From contig MU005975.1 in the NCBI GenBank assembly GCA_010093745.1, forward strand, positions 124,001-188,000: 64,000 nt of DNA. The letters run 5' to 3'. Source of the stretch: Piedraia hortae CBS 480.64 (lineage: Eukaryota). The notes beneath the pieces were generated by a model. It did no database searches. It was given only the letters and a program-made list of their open reading frames with translations, and was not told where the DNA came from. A program made the position numbers and the translations under genes. How positions within the stretch are numbered: the stretch's first letter is position 1; each line of letters opens with the position of its first letter. Shown here piece by piece: positions 1 to 11,094 of this stretch.

Positions 1-1228
1 AACGAATGCTGCCGCTGTCGTCGCGTGTGACGATTCCTGGACGAATCTCAATCTCATCACCCAACTTCAGGATGCCAGTGAGGATAGAACCACCAGCTAC
101 ACCTCCCTGGAGCTCTTCAATCTCTGACCCTGGTTTGTTGACGTCAAACGATCGGATGATGATCATATGAGGATTATCCTGGAAGTTACGCACGGGCACG
201 GGGATCTTGGTGCAGAGCATCTCGCTCACGGCACAAATGTTAGTCTTCAACTGCGCCGAGATGGGGATTATAGGGGAGCCTTCAGCCACGGTGCCGCGGA
301 TGAACTTCTTGATCGACTCATAGTGCTCGTCTGCCTTATCTTTTCGCACGAGATCGACCTTGTTCTGCAAGATTATGATGTGCTGCAGCTTCATGATCTC
401 AATGGCAGCAAGATGCTCAGACGTCTGCGGTTGCGGACACGGCTCATTACCGGCTACGAGCAGCAGAGCAGCATCCATGACGGCGGCACCAGAAAGCATG
501 GTGCTCATGAGAATGTCGTGGCCGGGACAGTCAACGAAGCTGCATGGTCAGCAAGATGCCACATGCGGAGGGAGGGGATTATATTCAAATGCCGTAGATA
601 GACAAGTAATCACTTGCAATATGCCGTAAACAGGCAGATAATCACTCGCAACATGCCATGGACAAGGCAAATTCACTCACCTTACGTGTCTCAGCAGCCT
701 ATACGTGCCGCCGCACCCTTCCCGCTCACACGGCGGGTCGATTTCCTTTTCGCTTTTATAGCTGCGGTAACATTCCGGCCGCGGACATTTGGGATTATCA
801 CATTTGTAGACCTTGGCATTGGCATAGCCGAGCTTGATGGTGATGTTCCGTTCCAGCTCGTTCTTGAAGCGCACCGTTTGCACGCCCGAGATGGCCTTGA
901 CCACCGTACTCTTTCCGTGTGCGACATGGCCAATGGTGCCAATGTTGATGGTCGCCTGTCTGCAGATGATTTCGGGGGAGAGCGGCGTCAGGGAGGCGAT
1001 GTCCAGATTGACCGGGTCGGGCTGTTCGGGTAACTCGGGTCGTGCCGCCAGCGCCGCCGCCGCTGCGTTGCTCTTCTTCAGCGCCGACTTGGGCATCGGC
1101 GCTGGCCCCTTGGCTCTGCTCTCGGCATCTCCCTCAACGTCGCCGTCACCCTGGGTCTCAGTTGCAGTCAAGACGGGCGACTGTGGTGGGCTCTCTTCGT
1201 CGGAAGAGAAGTCATCGTTGTCAGCCAT
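1..1228 (-). CDS. GCD11: Translation initiation factor eIF2 gamma subunit, runs off the window start; exons 1228-681 and 539-<1, intron 540-680
   Basis: [14 protein letters not shown] and [15 protein letters not shown] motifs. Splicing GTGAGT...GCTGAC...CAG joins [15 protein letters not shown]...QPQTSEHL. Confidence 0.97.
589..680. repeat. About 3 degenerate 32-bp tandem repeats inside the eIF2-gamma intron
   Basis: ATGCC...AATCACT units start at 589, 621 and 653. Confidence 0.8.
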
Positions 1229-1797
1229 GATTGTGGTTTTCCTCTCTGCGTTGGTACTTGAGCCTGCCTGTTGGTCGTTTGGGTGCTTCTAACCGTGCGT
1301 CGTGGCAGCTGGCGCTGGCGTAGCGGTGAGTGGTGGAGCAAAAGTTTTAAGTGGGGCAGAATCGGTGACCTCACCGCCCCGCGGGCGTGAATTCGCCAAC
1401 CCCACTACAGGCTACGCACATCATGAGCTGCCCAACACCGGTCAGCGGCAGCTCATGCTTCACCAATTATAGACAGATTCAATCCGCTAATCTGTCCAAC
1501 ATCTTGCTTTTGGAGTGACTTTACAACCCATATTGTCACACACGAACACGAGGCATCATTTTGTTCGTTGCAGCTCTAGCTAAACTCGCTTGACGGCCTC
1601 GGCCTCTGTTTCAGGCAGTTATAAGGGCTGCGGCCGAGTGATTGGTGCCTAACGTCGTCGCAGGCGGATATCAGACCCTAACCCTAGCTTGTACCCGTCC
1701 GCCAAAGACGCACCCTCGGCTTCGACATCATCGAGAGGACGAAATGCGTCATAAAACTTCGTCGGCGTCTCTCTCGTCCAATTCTGGATCTCGCCGC

Positions 1798-2667
1798 ATG
1801 TCCAACCCCGGCTTCCACCCATTTGGCGGACGCGTCAGCAAACACTATATCGAGTCCAGCAACGGCTCTCATGGCGTAAGCGGCTCCCTGTGCAAGCGGC
1901 AACAGACGCTAACAAAGCAGTACTCGCCCGATGACGCATACCTCTCATACTATGACGTTCGACTGACGCGCGATGATGTGGACGCAATCCGCGGCGATTG
2001 GCTGACGGACAATGCCATCGCGTTCTGGCAAGAGTATCTCGAGCGAGAAAGATTGAAGGCGTATCCTAACGCCAACATCGTCCTGCTGCGACCATCCATG
2101 TGCTACATGCTCATGTGCACTGAGGACCCGCGCTCCCTGAAGTCGGCCCTGCCCGACTTTTCCAAAGCCTCGCACATCTTCCTCCCTGTCAACGACAGCC
2201 GCAACCCCGCGATTGCAGAGGCTGGCTCCCACTGGTCTCTTCTGCTCGTTTCCGTCATCGATGGTTGCGCCTTCCACTACGATTCCATGACCCCGGCCAA
2301 CCGCCAAGAAGCCAAGCTCGTCACGCGCAAGCTGTCCCAGCTGCTCGGCATATCTTTCAGATTTTACGACCTGACCGATACCCCGCAGCAGGAGAACGGC
2401 ATGGACTGCGGCATGTACGTCTGCCTGATCATGTCGCACCTGCTGTTTATGAAGCTGCTCGCGGCCGACAAGGAGGGCGTAGTCAACATGCGCCTGGGCG
2501 GCAAGGACGTCGATGCCGCCGCTGGACGCCGGGAGATGCTGAGAAGGATTGAGTCTTTTCGGCGAGAAGGTGAGAGGCGGAGGTCATCAAGCCGAAGTCG
2601 AAGCCTCCTCGGGTCTACCAAGTCCAGATCTCCGCCCAGGGTGGGCGAAGAGAATTCGGATGCATGA
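1798..2667 (+). CDS. NEDD8-specific cysteine protease (SENP8/DEN1/NEDP1, Ulp1/C48 family); probable 45-nt intron 1876-1920; start could be 1744
   Basis: YLSYYDVRL, WLTDNAI, FLPVND, GSHWSLL and QQENGMDCG catalytic motifs. Intron reads GTAAGC...GCTAAC...CAG. Confidence 0.9.
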   Translation: MSNPGFHPFGGRVSKHYIESSNGSHGVSGSLCKRQQTLTKQYSPDDAYLSYYDVRLTRDDVDAIRGDWLTDNAIAFWQEYLERERLKAYPNANIVLLRPSMCYMLMCTEDPRSLKSALPDFSKASHIFLPVNDSRNPAIAEAGSHWSLLLVSVIDGCAFHYDSMTPANRQEAKLVTRKLSQLLGISFRFYDLTDTPQQENGMDCGMYVCLIMSHLLFMKLLAADKEGVVNMRLGGKDVDAAAGRREMLRRIESFRREGERRRSSSRSRSLLGSTKSRSPPRVGEENSDA

Positions 2668-2789
2668 TTTCCTTATATGGTGTACGGTGCGTGGTTGCGT
2701 TGTTAGAGCGTTGCGGGAAGTTATCTGTGTTGTGCATAGAGAGTATGTATCTCTACGTTAATTCATTCAACAATCGTACTTTGATCTAC

Positions 2790-3890
2790 AAAGCTTTACT
2801 ATCACGATAGCATCTGCGCAAAACTGTACCTTAACTCTGCTAAGTTGTAACGAATTGCACACAAGATCAATCCGTCCAGGCCTGCTTGAGCTTAGCATTT
2901 CCGAGGTTTTGCCGACCCTACCAAGCTGCCTTTGATTGGCTTGATGCTTGCCCGAATAGGTTTAATGCTCGCACGAATAGTATTTCTTCAAACCTTATAC
3001 TTCTCTGTTAGAGATTTCGGACTTCAACATTGACTTTCTTCGAAAGCTGTGATTGCGTCAAGTGAACCAGGCCGTGTAGGCGAGGAGGGCCAAACACTTC
3101 CTTGAACTTGTAGCAAACAAAAAGACCAAGTACGCCTCCGTTTCAAGACATATGATACTATTGCCATTATTCAGTGACCCGGCGCGATGGGAATCAAACA
3201 GGACTCTAAGTTCCTATTGACACTTGCAGTAAAGGAACTAATGTATTCTACTACATAGTATAAGAGCGTTGGGGGCCAGCCCATATTTTCTACGACGCTT
3301 GAAATCCAGAAAACCTGTTTCTGTGAGACTTGATACCTGTCAGAAGGATGTGACACCTACCATGACCACGACTGTAGATAGAAGTCGAAAATTCCCAGGG
3401 TTTTTACCTCTATAGAGGAAGTTTTCCCTGGGATGGGTCATTGTCTCGTTCATGCCTAAGGGCTTGGTTCGCTGACGTTGTCCTGGCGAATGCAGTTAGA
3501 CTGAGGTATTGTGGGGAAGGCTTCGAACCTCACCTCATATAGAGATAGACATCTACATTCACCTTTTCAGTCAAAGTTGAGTGAAAACATTTGTCGCCGA
3601 TATCCGCTCCCCTTTAGTCCTCGGAGGTTCACCCCTCCGACACAAGTCTTTTGAGCTGCAATGAAATCTGGGAAGCGACTGCCAGTACCTCGATACTGTC
3701 GGCGTAGTATTGTTTTCGATCACTGGGGACAAACCGGAAGGCGCGGTCAAAGACGTTGCGCCATAACCGTTCTGTACCTATATCCCTCCAGACCTTGCAG
3801 ACCAAGATGATGCGCATCAATGCAAGACGTTCATCTTCAACATATCCTAGGATCCCTCGTATTACCTCTGCGGTACGTCGGGCACATTTA
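2790..3890 (-). pseudogene. Degenerate F-box/LRR-like gene interrupted by an LTR-like insertion
   Basis: AEVIRGILGYVEDERLALMRIILVCKVWRDIGTERLWR...DRKQYYADSI resembles the N-terminus of 23758-22322; stops and frameshifts follow. Confidence 0.6.
3373..3557. mobile_element. Short solo-LTR-like element related to family B
   Basis: Ends TGTAGAT...ATCTACA. Core CAGGGTTTTTACCTC...TTTTCCCTGGGA is shared with 57257-57520. No TSD seen. Confidence 0.65.
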
Positions 3891-4594
3891 GGGTGAGTAT
3901 CATCGCGGGAGTCTGGTATCAGCCAGGACGCACCTCCTCGCCGAAGCAGATGATGTCCTTCGCGTATGAGCGTGGTGTTCGGTGCGTCACAAACAGTGAG
4001 AGCGGGAATGTTGAAGAACGAAGTTCGTTGGGATCACGAGTACTTGTAGTAAAACAAGGCCAGTCGACAGGGACCCAGACCCCGTGCTGGTCGGGCAAGC
4101 TCACCCCTATTGAGGATCTGTGAAGGGAAGCACTGGGGGTGTGTACGGACCCAAGTTCGAGCAAGATATTGTCTCGTATGGAAGCTATTGTGGGTCAGAG
4201 GGCCTGCTATATACTCATGAGCTTCTGAGCAGAAAGTGTGCGCGTACCGCGTACGCGCGCGCCTGATAAACCACCCCCGTGGAACAACCATGGGACGAAA
4301 GGGCTAGCCAGTAACAGGACCAGCCAATGGTGAGTTGCACGGTTGACGCTTTGGAGACTCTCCTGATCAGAATACCTGGCAGAACAACTCCACTTTGGCA
4401 ACGGCTTACTTGACTTGCCAGGTCATGGACCGGATGATGACTTAACAACAAGGTTGTATAAACCCTTTTTACAATGTGCGCCTTGTGAGTGTTGATTTCC
4501 AACCACAAAAGTCTTTCCGTCAATGACGAAGAGTCTACAGGACACACCAGCGGAAGGAAGTAGTTATAGATGTAGACATGTACGTACGTTGCAA

Positions 4595-5686
4595 TCATGA
4601 CAAATTCCAAATAACTACTCTGCCATCGACACCACCTGTGGAAACAGAGCCAGTAGAATATAACCTGATTGTGTTGACAGCGTTCTGATGAACGGTTTTG
4701 AGCTTTGTGTCATCTTCTGTACCCGCAGCTCGCCCCTTGAGGTCCATTGAGCGGAACATGTTGATTGCTGAATCCTCGCAGGCTTCAGTTGGTCCGGCGC
4801 GCGCTGGCTTCTCTACGGGACCAACGAGCTGCCAACCAGATGCGTCGCCGGAAAATCGGTAGAGACCACAGTCGAAGCCAGCACAGACCAGTTCGGTCTC
4901 GGATGCCCAGAGAAGGGAGTTGAATGGCAGGTACTGTGTCGCAACTGAGATAACTGCCTGTGGGGGTTGATCGGGTGCCGAGGGGTAGACTACAGTGACG
5001 GTGCTGTCGTGGCCGGCGTAGGCGAGGGCATTGCCTGAAGGAGAGAAACCAACGGCGCGGACCCAGCCGGCCGTAGGATTCAGGTACTCACCGCAGACGG
5101 TGTTAAATGGGAGGCGCTCACCCCACGCCGACGGCGGCGGACGCTCGTCAACACCCTTAATAAAAGCACTGAATACGCGTGCATGGCCATCTGTAGATCC
5201 AGCAGCAAGCAAGACCGAGTTAGGATGCCAGGCAATAGAGATTACCGTGGACCGGAGCGGTTTCTTGACGTGTTTGCTGACCCACCAGTCATTCTCGGCC
5301 TCGAAATAGCAGGTGGCGATTATCCGGGCCCCGCTTCCGACAGCAAACTTCTTCTCGTCGGGGCTCCAGCGCACGCAGGTGGCTGCGCGGTTGATGCGTA
5401 GCAGCACTAGAGTCGGCTTGTACTCGCCTTTCGCAGACGCTTCCCAGACATAGGCATTGCGGTCCTGGGAGCAGGTCACAATTCGACCAGAGTTGGGGGC
5501 AATATCCACGCCTGTAATGAGTTTATCGTGGCCGCGCAGCTCGTCCTGTAGCTCGAAAACTTTGCCCACGCGGCGGTAGAGTTCTACACGGTTATCCCGA
5601 GTCACGGCCAAGGTTTTGTGGTCTTGAGAAAAGGCATGGTCCGAAATCGGCTCACGGAACAAGTGATGAATCTCTGGGTGGGCCAT
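4595..5686 (-). CDS. ARC40: Arp2/3 complex subunit ARPC1 (p41, WD40)
   Basis: IVTCSQDRNAYVW, PTLVLLRINRAAT, YFEAENDWWVSKH and WHPNSVLLAAGS motifs; ATG at 5686. Confidence 0.96.
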   Translation of the reverse strand: MAHPEIHHLFREPISDHAFSQDHKTLAVTRDNRVELYRRVGKVFELQDELRGHDKLITGVDIAPNSGRIVTCSQDRNAYVWEASAKGEYKPTLVLLRINRAATCVRWSPDEKKFAVGSGARIIATCYFEAENDWWVSKHVKKPLRSTVISIAWHPNSVLLAAGSTDGHARVFSAFIKGVDERPPPSAWGERLPFNTVCGEYLNPTAGWVRAVGFSPSGNALAYAGHDSTVTVVYPSAPDQPPQAVISVATQYLPFNSLLWASETELVCAGFDCGLYRFSGDASGWQLVGPVEKPARAGPTEACEDSAINMFRSMDLKGRAAGTEDDTKLKTVHQNAVNTIRLYSTGSVSTGGVDGRVVIWNLS

Positions 5687-5828
5687 GGCAGGAGGGGAGG
5701 TCTCTCTACTGCGATGGATGTGGTGGTGGAGAGGTGAGGTCGAAAGAGTGGGGGCATGTCGTCGTTTCGGTCCGACCCGCCCACGCACCAAGTGGGGCTT
5801 TCGGAACAGAAACATCAGCAACAACAAC

Positions 5829-6257
5829 ATGGAAAATCAATCGCTGTATCTGCAGAATCTGCCCGAGAAATGGGCCAAATGGGACCTTGGTCGGGAGCTC
5901 TACATGCTTTTCTCAACCTACGGTCCTGTGTTGGATGTGACGTGTCTCAAGACGAAGAAAATGCGTGGACAGGCCCATATTCTCTTTCGCGATGTCAACT
6001 GTGCTGCACGCGCAATGAGAGCATGCCAGGGTTTTGTCATTGGGGGACGTAAGATGAAGATTAGCTATTCAACAAATATGAGCAATACGCTGCGAATACT
6101 GGAGGGAGACTGTTCGAAACCCGAGACGAAGAAGGCCGTAGAGCAAAAGGCCGACGCCAGGGCGCCATCGGTCCAAGCAGGAACAAAGCGGTCGCGCGAG
6201 GAGAGCGACGAGGAAGAACAAGATGAAGAAATGGAGATGTCCGATGAGGACGACTAG
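5829..6257 (+). CDS. U2 snRNP B''/U1A-family RRM protein
   Basis: NQSLYLQNLPEK, LYMLFSTYGPVLDV and KMRGQAHI RRM motifs, then an acidic tail. Confidence 0.9.
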   Translation: MENQSLYLQNLPEKWAKWDLGRELYMLFSTYGPVLDVTCLKTKKMRGQAHILFRDVNCAARAMRACQGFVIGGRKMKISYSTNMSNTLRILEGDCSKPETKKAVEQKADARAPSVQAGTKRSREESDEEEQDEEMEMSDEDD

Positions 6258-6763
6258 CCTATCATGACTGTTTGCGCAAATGACATGGGCACGCTGAGCC
6301 CTGCAACGACACCAAAGACTCCCATCCAGCGGAGCAAGTATTTAGCCGGGCAAAGCGCATCTCCTTCTCCCATCATTTCGGCAGCCCTACAGGGATGGAT
6401 GTAATGTACTGGCAGTTGAGTTAGTGGGTGATCCGTCATGGTTGACGTTCCGGGAATCTCTGCGTTGAAAGAACCCTGAGTAGGGTAGTAATAGAGTACC
6501 GGCACCTCGTATAAAGGCGAATGTATGATATCGTAGATGACTGTACTGTAGGGAACGGGCTGTGAAATCGCTTCCGGATCATCTTCATCTTGTTCTGGAG
6601 AGCCAACGGTCGGGTGGCTTTCACATTTCACGATTCTCAAGAAAGTGGCGCCTTGCTCGATCATCAGCTGGACATCCAGCCACTCTCCATGCGCATCACT
6701 AAGTAGCCAGGCGTCTCGCCATTGCTCCGCAGCGTGAACAAAGTCGTCATATGTTATTGACAT
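6254..6763 (-). CDS. ATG10: Autophagy E2-like enzyme Atg10
   Basis: YDIIHSPLYEVPVLY and TDHPLTQLPVHYIHPC (active-site HPC); YLLRWMG near the C-terminus. Confidence 0.88.
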   Translation of the reverse strand: MSITYDDFVHAAEQWRDAWLLSDAHGEWLDVQLMIEQGATFLRIVKCESHPTVGSPEQDEDDPEAISQPVPYSTVIYDIIHSPLYEVPVLYYYPTQGSFNAEIPGTSTMTDHPLTQLPVHYIHPCRAAEMMGEGDALCPAKYLLRWMGVFGVVAGLSVPMSFAQTVMIG

Positions 6764-6899
6764 CTGCGAAGTCTTCGTTGCAGGTCAGGCTTAGTCATCT
6801 AGTTCCATATCACGTGCTCTGATTGACCCACCGGAAAACTTCCGCCTCGAGCCCGACCTCATCTTTTTCGCATCGCCGGAGATTGATGCGACCGAAATA

Positions 6900-7524
6900 A
6901 TGCTCAAATCACCGTCGTCACTGCTGATCCGGCGTCCGCCGCTAGTACCCCGTCAATCTCCTTCAACGCGCTTCGCATCCACCGCCGCGGCGAACCACAA
7001 TGCCGAACCAGTGACCTGGAACACCTTCCTCACTCTTCGTCGCCGCCGCAGGCACATCAATCTGATCTCTTCGGCGTGCGCGGGCATTTTTGCAATCGCA
7101 GCTGCCGGCCCAGTGCTTGCAGAGAAGGATTTCGACAGCTGGGGTGCCCAGATCAGCGGTCTGGACCCCATGATTGTTCTCGGGGCGGGATGTTTTGGTC
7201 TCGGAGCCGCCGGGTGGCTGATGGGTCCCGTGGTCGGCAATACGGTGTTTAAGCTTTGGGCCAAGAACAAAGGTTGGAGCGATGCCCTCCGAGCAGTAGG
7301 TTGGAATGCTATGGGAAACGGGAGTGTATTGCTGATGTCTTGAGTAGAAAGAAAAAGACTTTTATCAGAGAATCAGGACCAAGAGGGCAGACCCGGCCGC
7401 GTCAAGTCCGCAAAATCCGATTCCAGACTATTACGGTGAAAAGATTGGGTCCGTTGGCGAATACAGACGGTGGTTGAAGGACCAGCGGGCGTTCACGAGG
7501 AAGAAGTTGAAGAACTTTGTGTAA
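6900..7524 (+). CDS. PAM17: Mitochondrial presequence translocase-associated motor subunit Pam17; exons 6900-7295 and 7348-7524
   Basis: WNTFLTLRRRRR, GLDP and GWLMGP motifs; spliced exon 2 reads KEKDFYQRI...NPIPDYYGEKIGSV..YRRWLKDQR. Confidence 0.93.
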
Positions 7525-7747
7525 AAATAGGTAGGGTGTATGATGGGACGGAATGCCGTACACTCACAGCTCTTAATTGTCGTTACAGCTGACGGCCAGA
7601 TTGCAGGTTCGGTCTATCTATCAGAAGTTTTTAGCCAGCAAAAGTCTAGCCACACCCAAAGTATCTAAGCAACAGAAGTCGAAACTCTAAACCATTCATT
7701 AGAAGAAATCAAACCTGCAACCAGCTTAGCAACGCACATCACTATCG

Positions 7748-9151
7748 TCAACACGTCTCCGCCCTCTCGAATGCCCAGCGAAACAGGTCAATCATGGCAG
7801 TGTAGTGGAAGAGGATGCCGCCGAGGACGGCAAGATGCCACAGATTATGGCTCCCGCCAACATAGTCGAAACGTCCGGGCAGCCACCTCTCAGGAATCTT
7901 GGAGGCATACATGCACGCGCCGAGCGAGTAGACAACGACGCTCTTGGCCAGCGGGGCATAAAAAAATATGGTCTTCTCCCAGCCGCGCTCGTATATCAGC
8001 TGCAAGACTGGGATGAAGCCCGTCGCTGCGAGGGAAGAATAAAATCCCACCCGCGCCCAGTTCATATCAGCCCGGTTGAAGGTCGGATGCCAGGGTAGAA
8101 CGGTGCCGGCGCCACCAAGGACGATGGTCGTGATCATGTAGGCGTTGCGAGACAGCGGCTCGCAATAGAACGCCGTGTATTCAGTCGTCAAGATGCTGGC
8201 GGCTACGAGAAGGGAGATTCCCGTATAATCTACGCACGCAAACCGCTCCATGAGGCTTTGATTGGAGATGGACGACATTGCGTGCCACAATGTCGAACAG
8301 ACCAGACACTTGGCCGCGGCAAAGAAGAAGCAGCCGGCAATAAAAATGTCAGTCTTGGACACTGACGAAAGATAGGCAGGAGTAGAGGGATACAGCCAGA
8401 ATGCGGTGCAGAGGACGACGATGAGGCCGATAAAGTGGGACCAGATGTTAAAGGCCTCATTGTGCAGCCCAAATACTGAGCGCACGCACTCCAGCGGAGT
8501 CTCGGAGAATCGATATCCATGCAATATGTGTGGGTTTACGCGCCACGGCTCCGGCAGCATGTCGTATGTTATGAGGCCGTGTCTGGCCTGGGCTATGGCC
8601 CTGTCTACCCGCAGTGACAACGAATCCTTTGCCCGCCGCACCGTCTTCTCCATGCTGTCCAGCACATCATTTGCCATACCGTGCGCCTGGCTCAGCGTCG
8701 TCGACGAATATACGCTTGCCTCAAACCGCGCCAGCGTCGCCTCGCACACGTCGATCCCAGCCCGCACCTTGCTCTCCAGATCACCCTTGCGCGCAAGCGC
8801 ATCATTACAATGCTCCTCTAACGTCGCCACGAGAACTGCCGCGCGCCGTCGGCCAGCGTCAACCACCTCGTCCCGTACGTGGGCGCAACTCGAATGCACG
8901 TCGCGCAGCGTTTCGTGCGCAAACTTCATGCCCGAGTCCAGCCGGTCGTGGCCGTACGCTTCAATCATCTCCAGTCGCCGGCCCAGGTCCGTCACGAACA
9001 TATCGACCAGCGCCGCCATGTTCTCGCGCGGCGTCGTCGGCAAGTACGACGAGTGGCGTCGGCGCGGTCGCGGGGCCGACGTCGCCTCGCGTGCCGTCGC
9101 ATACACCGGTTCCTCGTACGACTCGGTGATGGTTGTCGTGCACGGATTCAT
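7748..9151 (-). CDS. PAQR/hemolysin-III family membrane protein (IZH3-like)
   Basis: LPEPWRVNPHILHGYRF, NEAFNIWSH, DYTG, IPERWLPGRFDYVGGSHNLWH; multiple hydrophobic helices. Confidence 0.93.
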   Translation of the reverse strand: MNPCTTTITESYEEPVYATAREATSAPRPRRRHSSYLPTTPRENMAALVDMFVTDLGRRLEMIEAYGHDRLDSGMKFAHETLRDVHSSCAHVRDEVVDAGRRRAAVLVATLEEHCNDALARKGDLESKVRAGIDVCEATLARFEASVYSSTTLSQAHGMANDVLDSMEKTVRRAKDSLSLRVDRAIAQARHGLITYDMLPEPWRVNPHILHGYRFSETPLECVRSVFGLHNEAFNIWSHFIGLIVVLCTAFWLYPSTPAYLSSVSKTDIFIAGCFFFAAAKCLVCSTLWHAMSSISNQSLMERFACVDYTGISLLVAASILTTEYTAFYCEPLSRNAYMITTIVLGGAGTVLPWHPTFNRADMNWARVGFYSSLAATGFIPVLQLIYERGWEKTIFFYAPLAKSVVVYSLGACMYASKIPERWLPGRFDYVGGSHNLWHLAVLGGILFHYTAMIDLFRWAFERAETC

Positions 9152-9436
9152 GGTCGGCAATTTCTGGCCACTGTCGTCGCACTTTGTACCTGCGCGGGTT
9201 CCGAATGTGCGGGGTGACTTTTGACGTCATTATCCCACGTGCTGCATTGGTTGGTCGGGAGATCCCGCCAGGTCTCACTAGAAATAGACTAGCCTGCCAA
9301 GCCTCTGCACGGAGGATCCCTGTTTGCATCCTCTTCGATCCAGGGATCGGTGAATGGCTGTTGAACTGTCTGCCACCGTTCACTCAAATTGCGCACCTGT
9401 ACATGTGGTAAAATCATGTAGACGGATTGGTGCACC

Positions 9437-9695
9437 TATGAGAAGGTAAACCCTCTCATATAGTATATAGCCAGGTCGCATCTGCGAGCTTAGATAGAGG
9501 GCGATGCTTCCCTTGGAGAAAGTTTTCCCTGGGACGAGGCACGGTGCCGTTCATGCTCTGTGCGTGCTCGGTGACGTGGTCTCGGTGAATGCGGCTAGAC
9601 CTAGGCTAGCGCGAGGTAAAGTTCCGCACTTCGCCTCACCACATCACCTAAACACCTACATACACGCGCATAGTAACACCTATACGTGCCTCACA
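9437..9695 (+). mobile_element. Solo LTR, family B
   Basis: Aligns end to end with 57257-57520 (GGTAAACCCTCTCATATAGTATA...GTGCCTCACA). Confidence 0.85.
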
Positions 9696-9804
9696 CTCCA
9701 TTGCCTGCCCCAAGTAATCTGACAGCACCGAAACCCACTGTCTTCATACTGTTTGCGCTGTTCACCTAAAAATCTCGAGCATCAAAGAATCCCACCCCTT
9801 TACC

Positions 9805-10400
9805 CTAGGAGATATCCAAGACTCCCGCCCACAAACTTCCTAAATGTAAATTTTCCTTCCTCTTCTTCTTGGGCTTCCCCACCATCACGAGCTCCACAAC
9901 TTTTTGTCCACAGGAGGACTTGGCTTGCTCAAGTCTAAAGGAGGACTTTCCAAGCTCAGGGGTGTCATCTCTTTTTTCTTTGTTCGATTGATCCACGCTC
10001 TCAGCAGGAACCACTGAACCGACTACTTCCTCCGTTTTATCATCGGCCTTCCACTCTTCCATATCGCTCAAAAGCTGCCCTGGAATAGCCCTCTTTTCAA
10101 ATTTTACAATGAATAGCGCCCGAAAAGGCGCCCAAGCGACCTTGCCTTGCTCTTCGTCGCTCAAACCGGCAAACCCATTCACGATAGCATTCGAGGCAGC
10201 GCCTGGAGAGATAGCAGTTGCTGTTTCTTGTTAGCTTAGACTGTCGAGGAACAAACCTACCTACATGATGATTGGATTCTATCCGCTGGGACAGGAGCCG
10301 CGAAGGAGAACGGCACCGCCGCAGCGAGGAGGATGCTGATTGCCGTGGTGAGATGCATTGTGCATTGCGTCTTTTTGATTTAGCTGATGTGGTTGTGGAG
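9805..10400 (-). pseudogene. Possible remnant of a PARP-type zinc-finger protein gene
   Basis: VNGFAGLSDEEQGKV and FRLEQAKSS resemble zf-PARP end and start motifs; intron-like GTAGGT...GCTAAC...CAG near 10262-10217. Confidence 0.3.
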
Positions 10401-11094
10401 AAGAGGAGAGGAGTGAAAAGAAAAGAAAGCAATATCCGGTCTATTCCAGTGCCTGAAGCAGTTCCACGAATGGCGCAATGCGCCAGTTTGGTTCTGGGTT
10501 TGACACGAAGTTTAAAGGGGCCAGTTTAGCCTCAGTATAAGTCTTGTTGGGGCCAGAGTTTGGGGTGCAAGCTGACGTTTGGCCTGCAGTGGTGGTCAAG
10601 CTTTGTGCAATGTGGTCATACAGACACAATGATGCCGAAAATTTGGAACTGTGGAAAAATACCGTTTCTCCCTTGGGACAGGTCATGTGTACAGTAAATG
10701 CCCTCTAGTGTGGGCAAGTTTTTACATTGAGGATTTTGTCACTTTCAACAATATCCGCTCGGGAAAGTGTCACTCGAGATTCACAGTTGACAGCTTTTAC
10801 ATGACTCATACTAAAAACACTAGAGAGGAAAGGTCGTCAGAGATGTTGCTGCTAAGACTTTGCTGCGGTACAGTACGTTAGATAGCATTACATACATTTA
10901 CTTAACATCATTACTGTAGCATCTCGCATCTACAGGAGGTTAATTACCTCGCTCTCGTGCCGCACGCCGCTCAGCGGTCGCGAACTCCTCAGCCTCCTTA
11001 CGCGCCTCTTTAATGATCTTCTCTGTTCTCCTGCCCAGCGTTTATCTACCGCAAAATGTGAAGGATATGTACAGTGTTGCAAAGATTTCCCATA

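Noticed and set aside
8406..9224. Long antisense ORFs over real genes (also 834-1292, 31903-32529, 33803-34450, 36021-36659, 55020-55712)
   Set aside because: Shadow frames of GC-rich coding sequence with no recognisable motifs.
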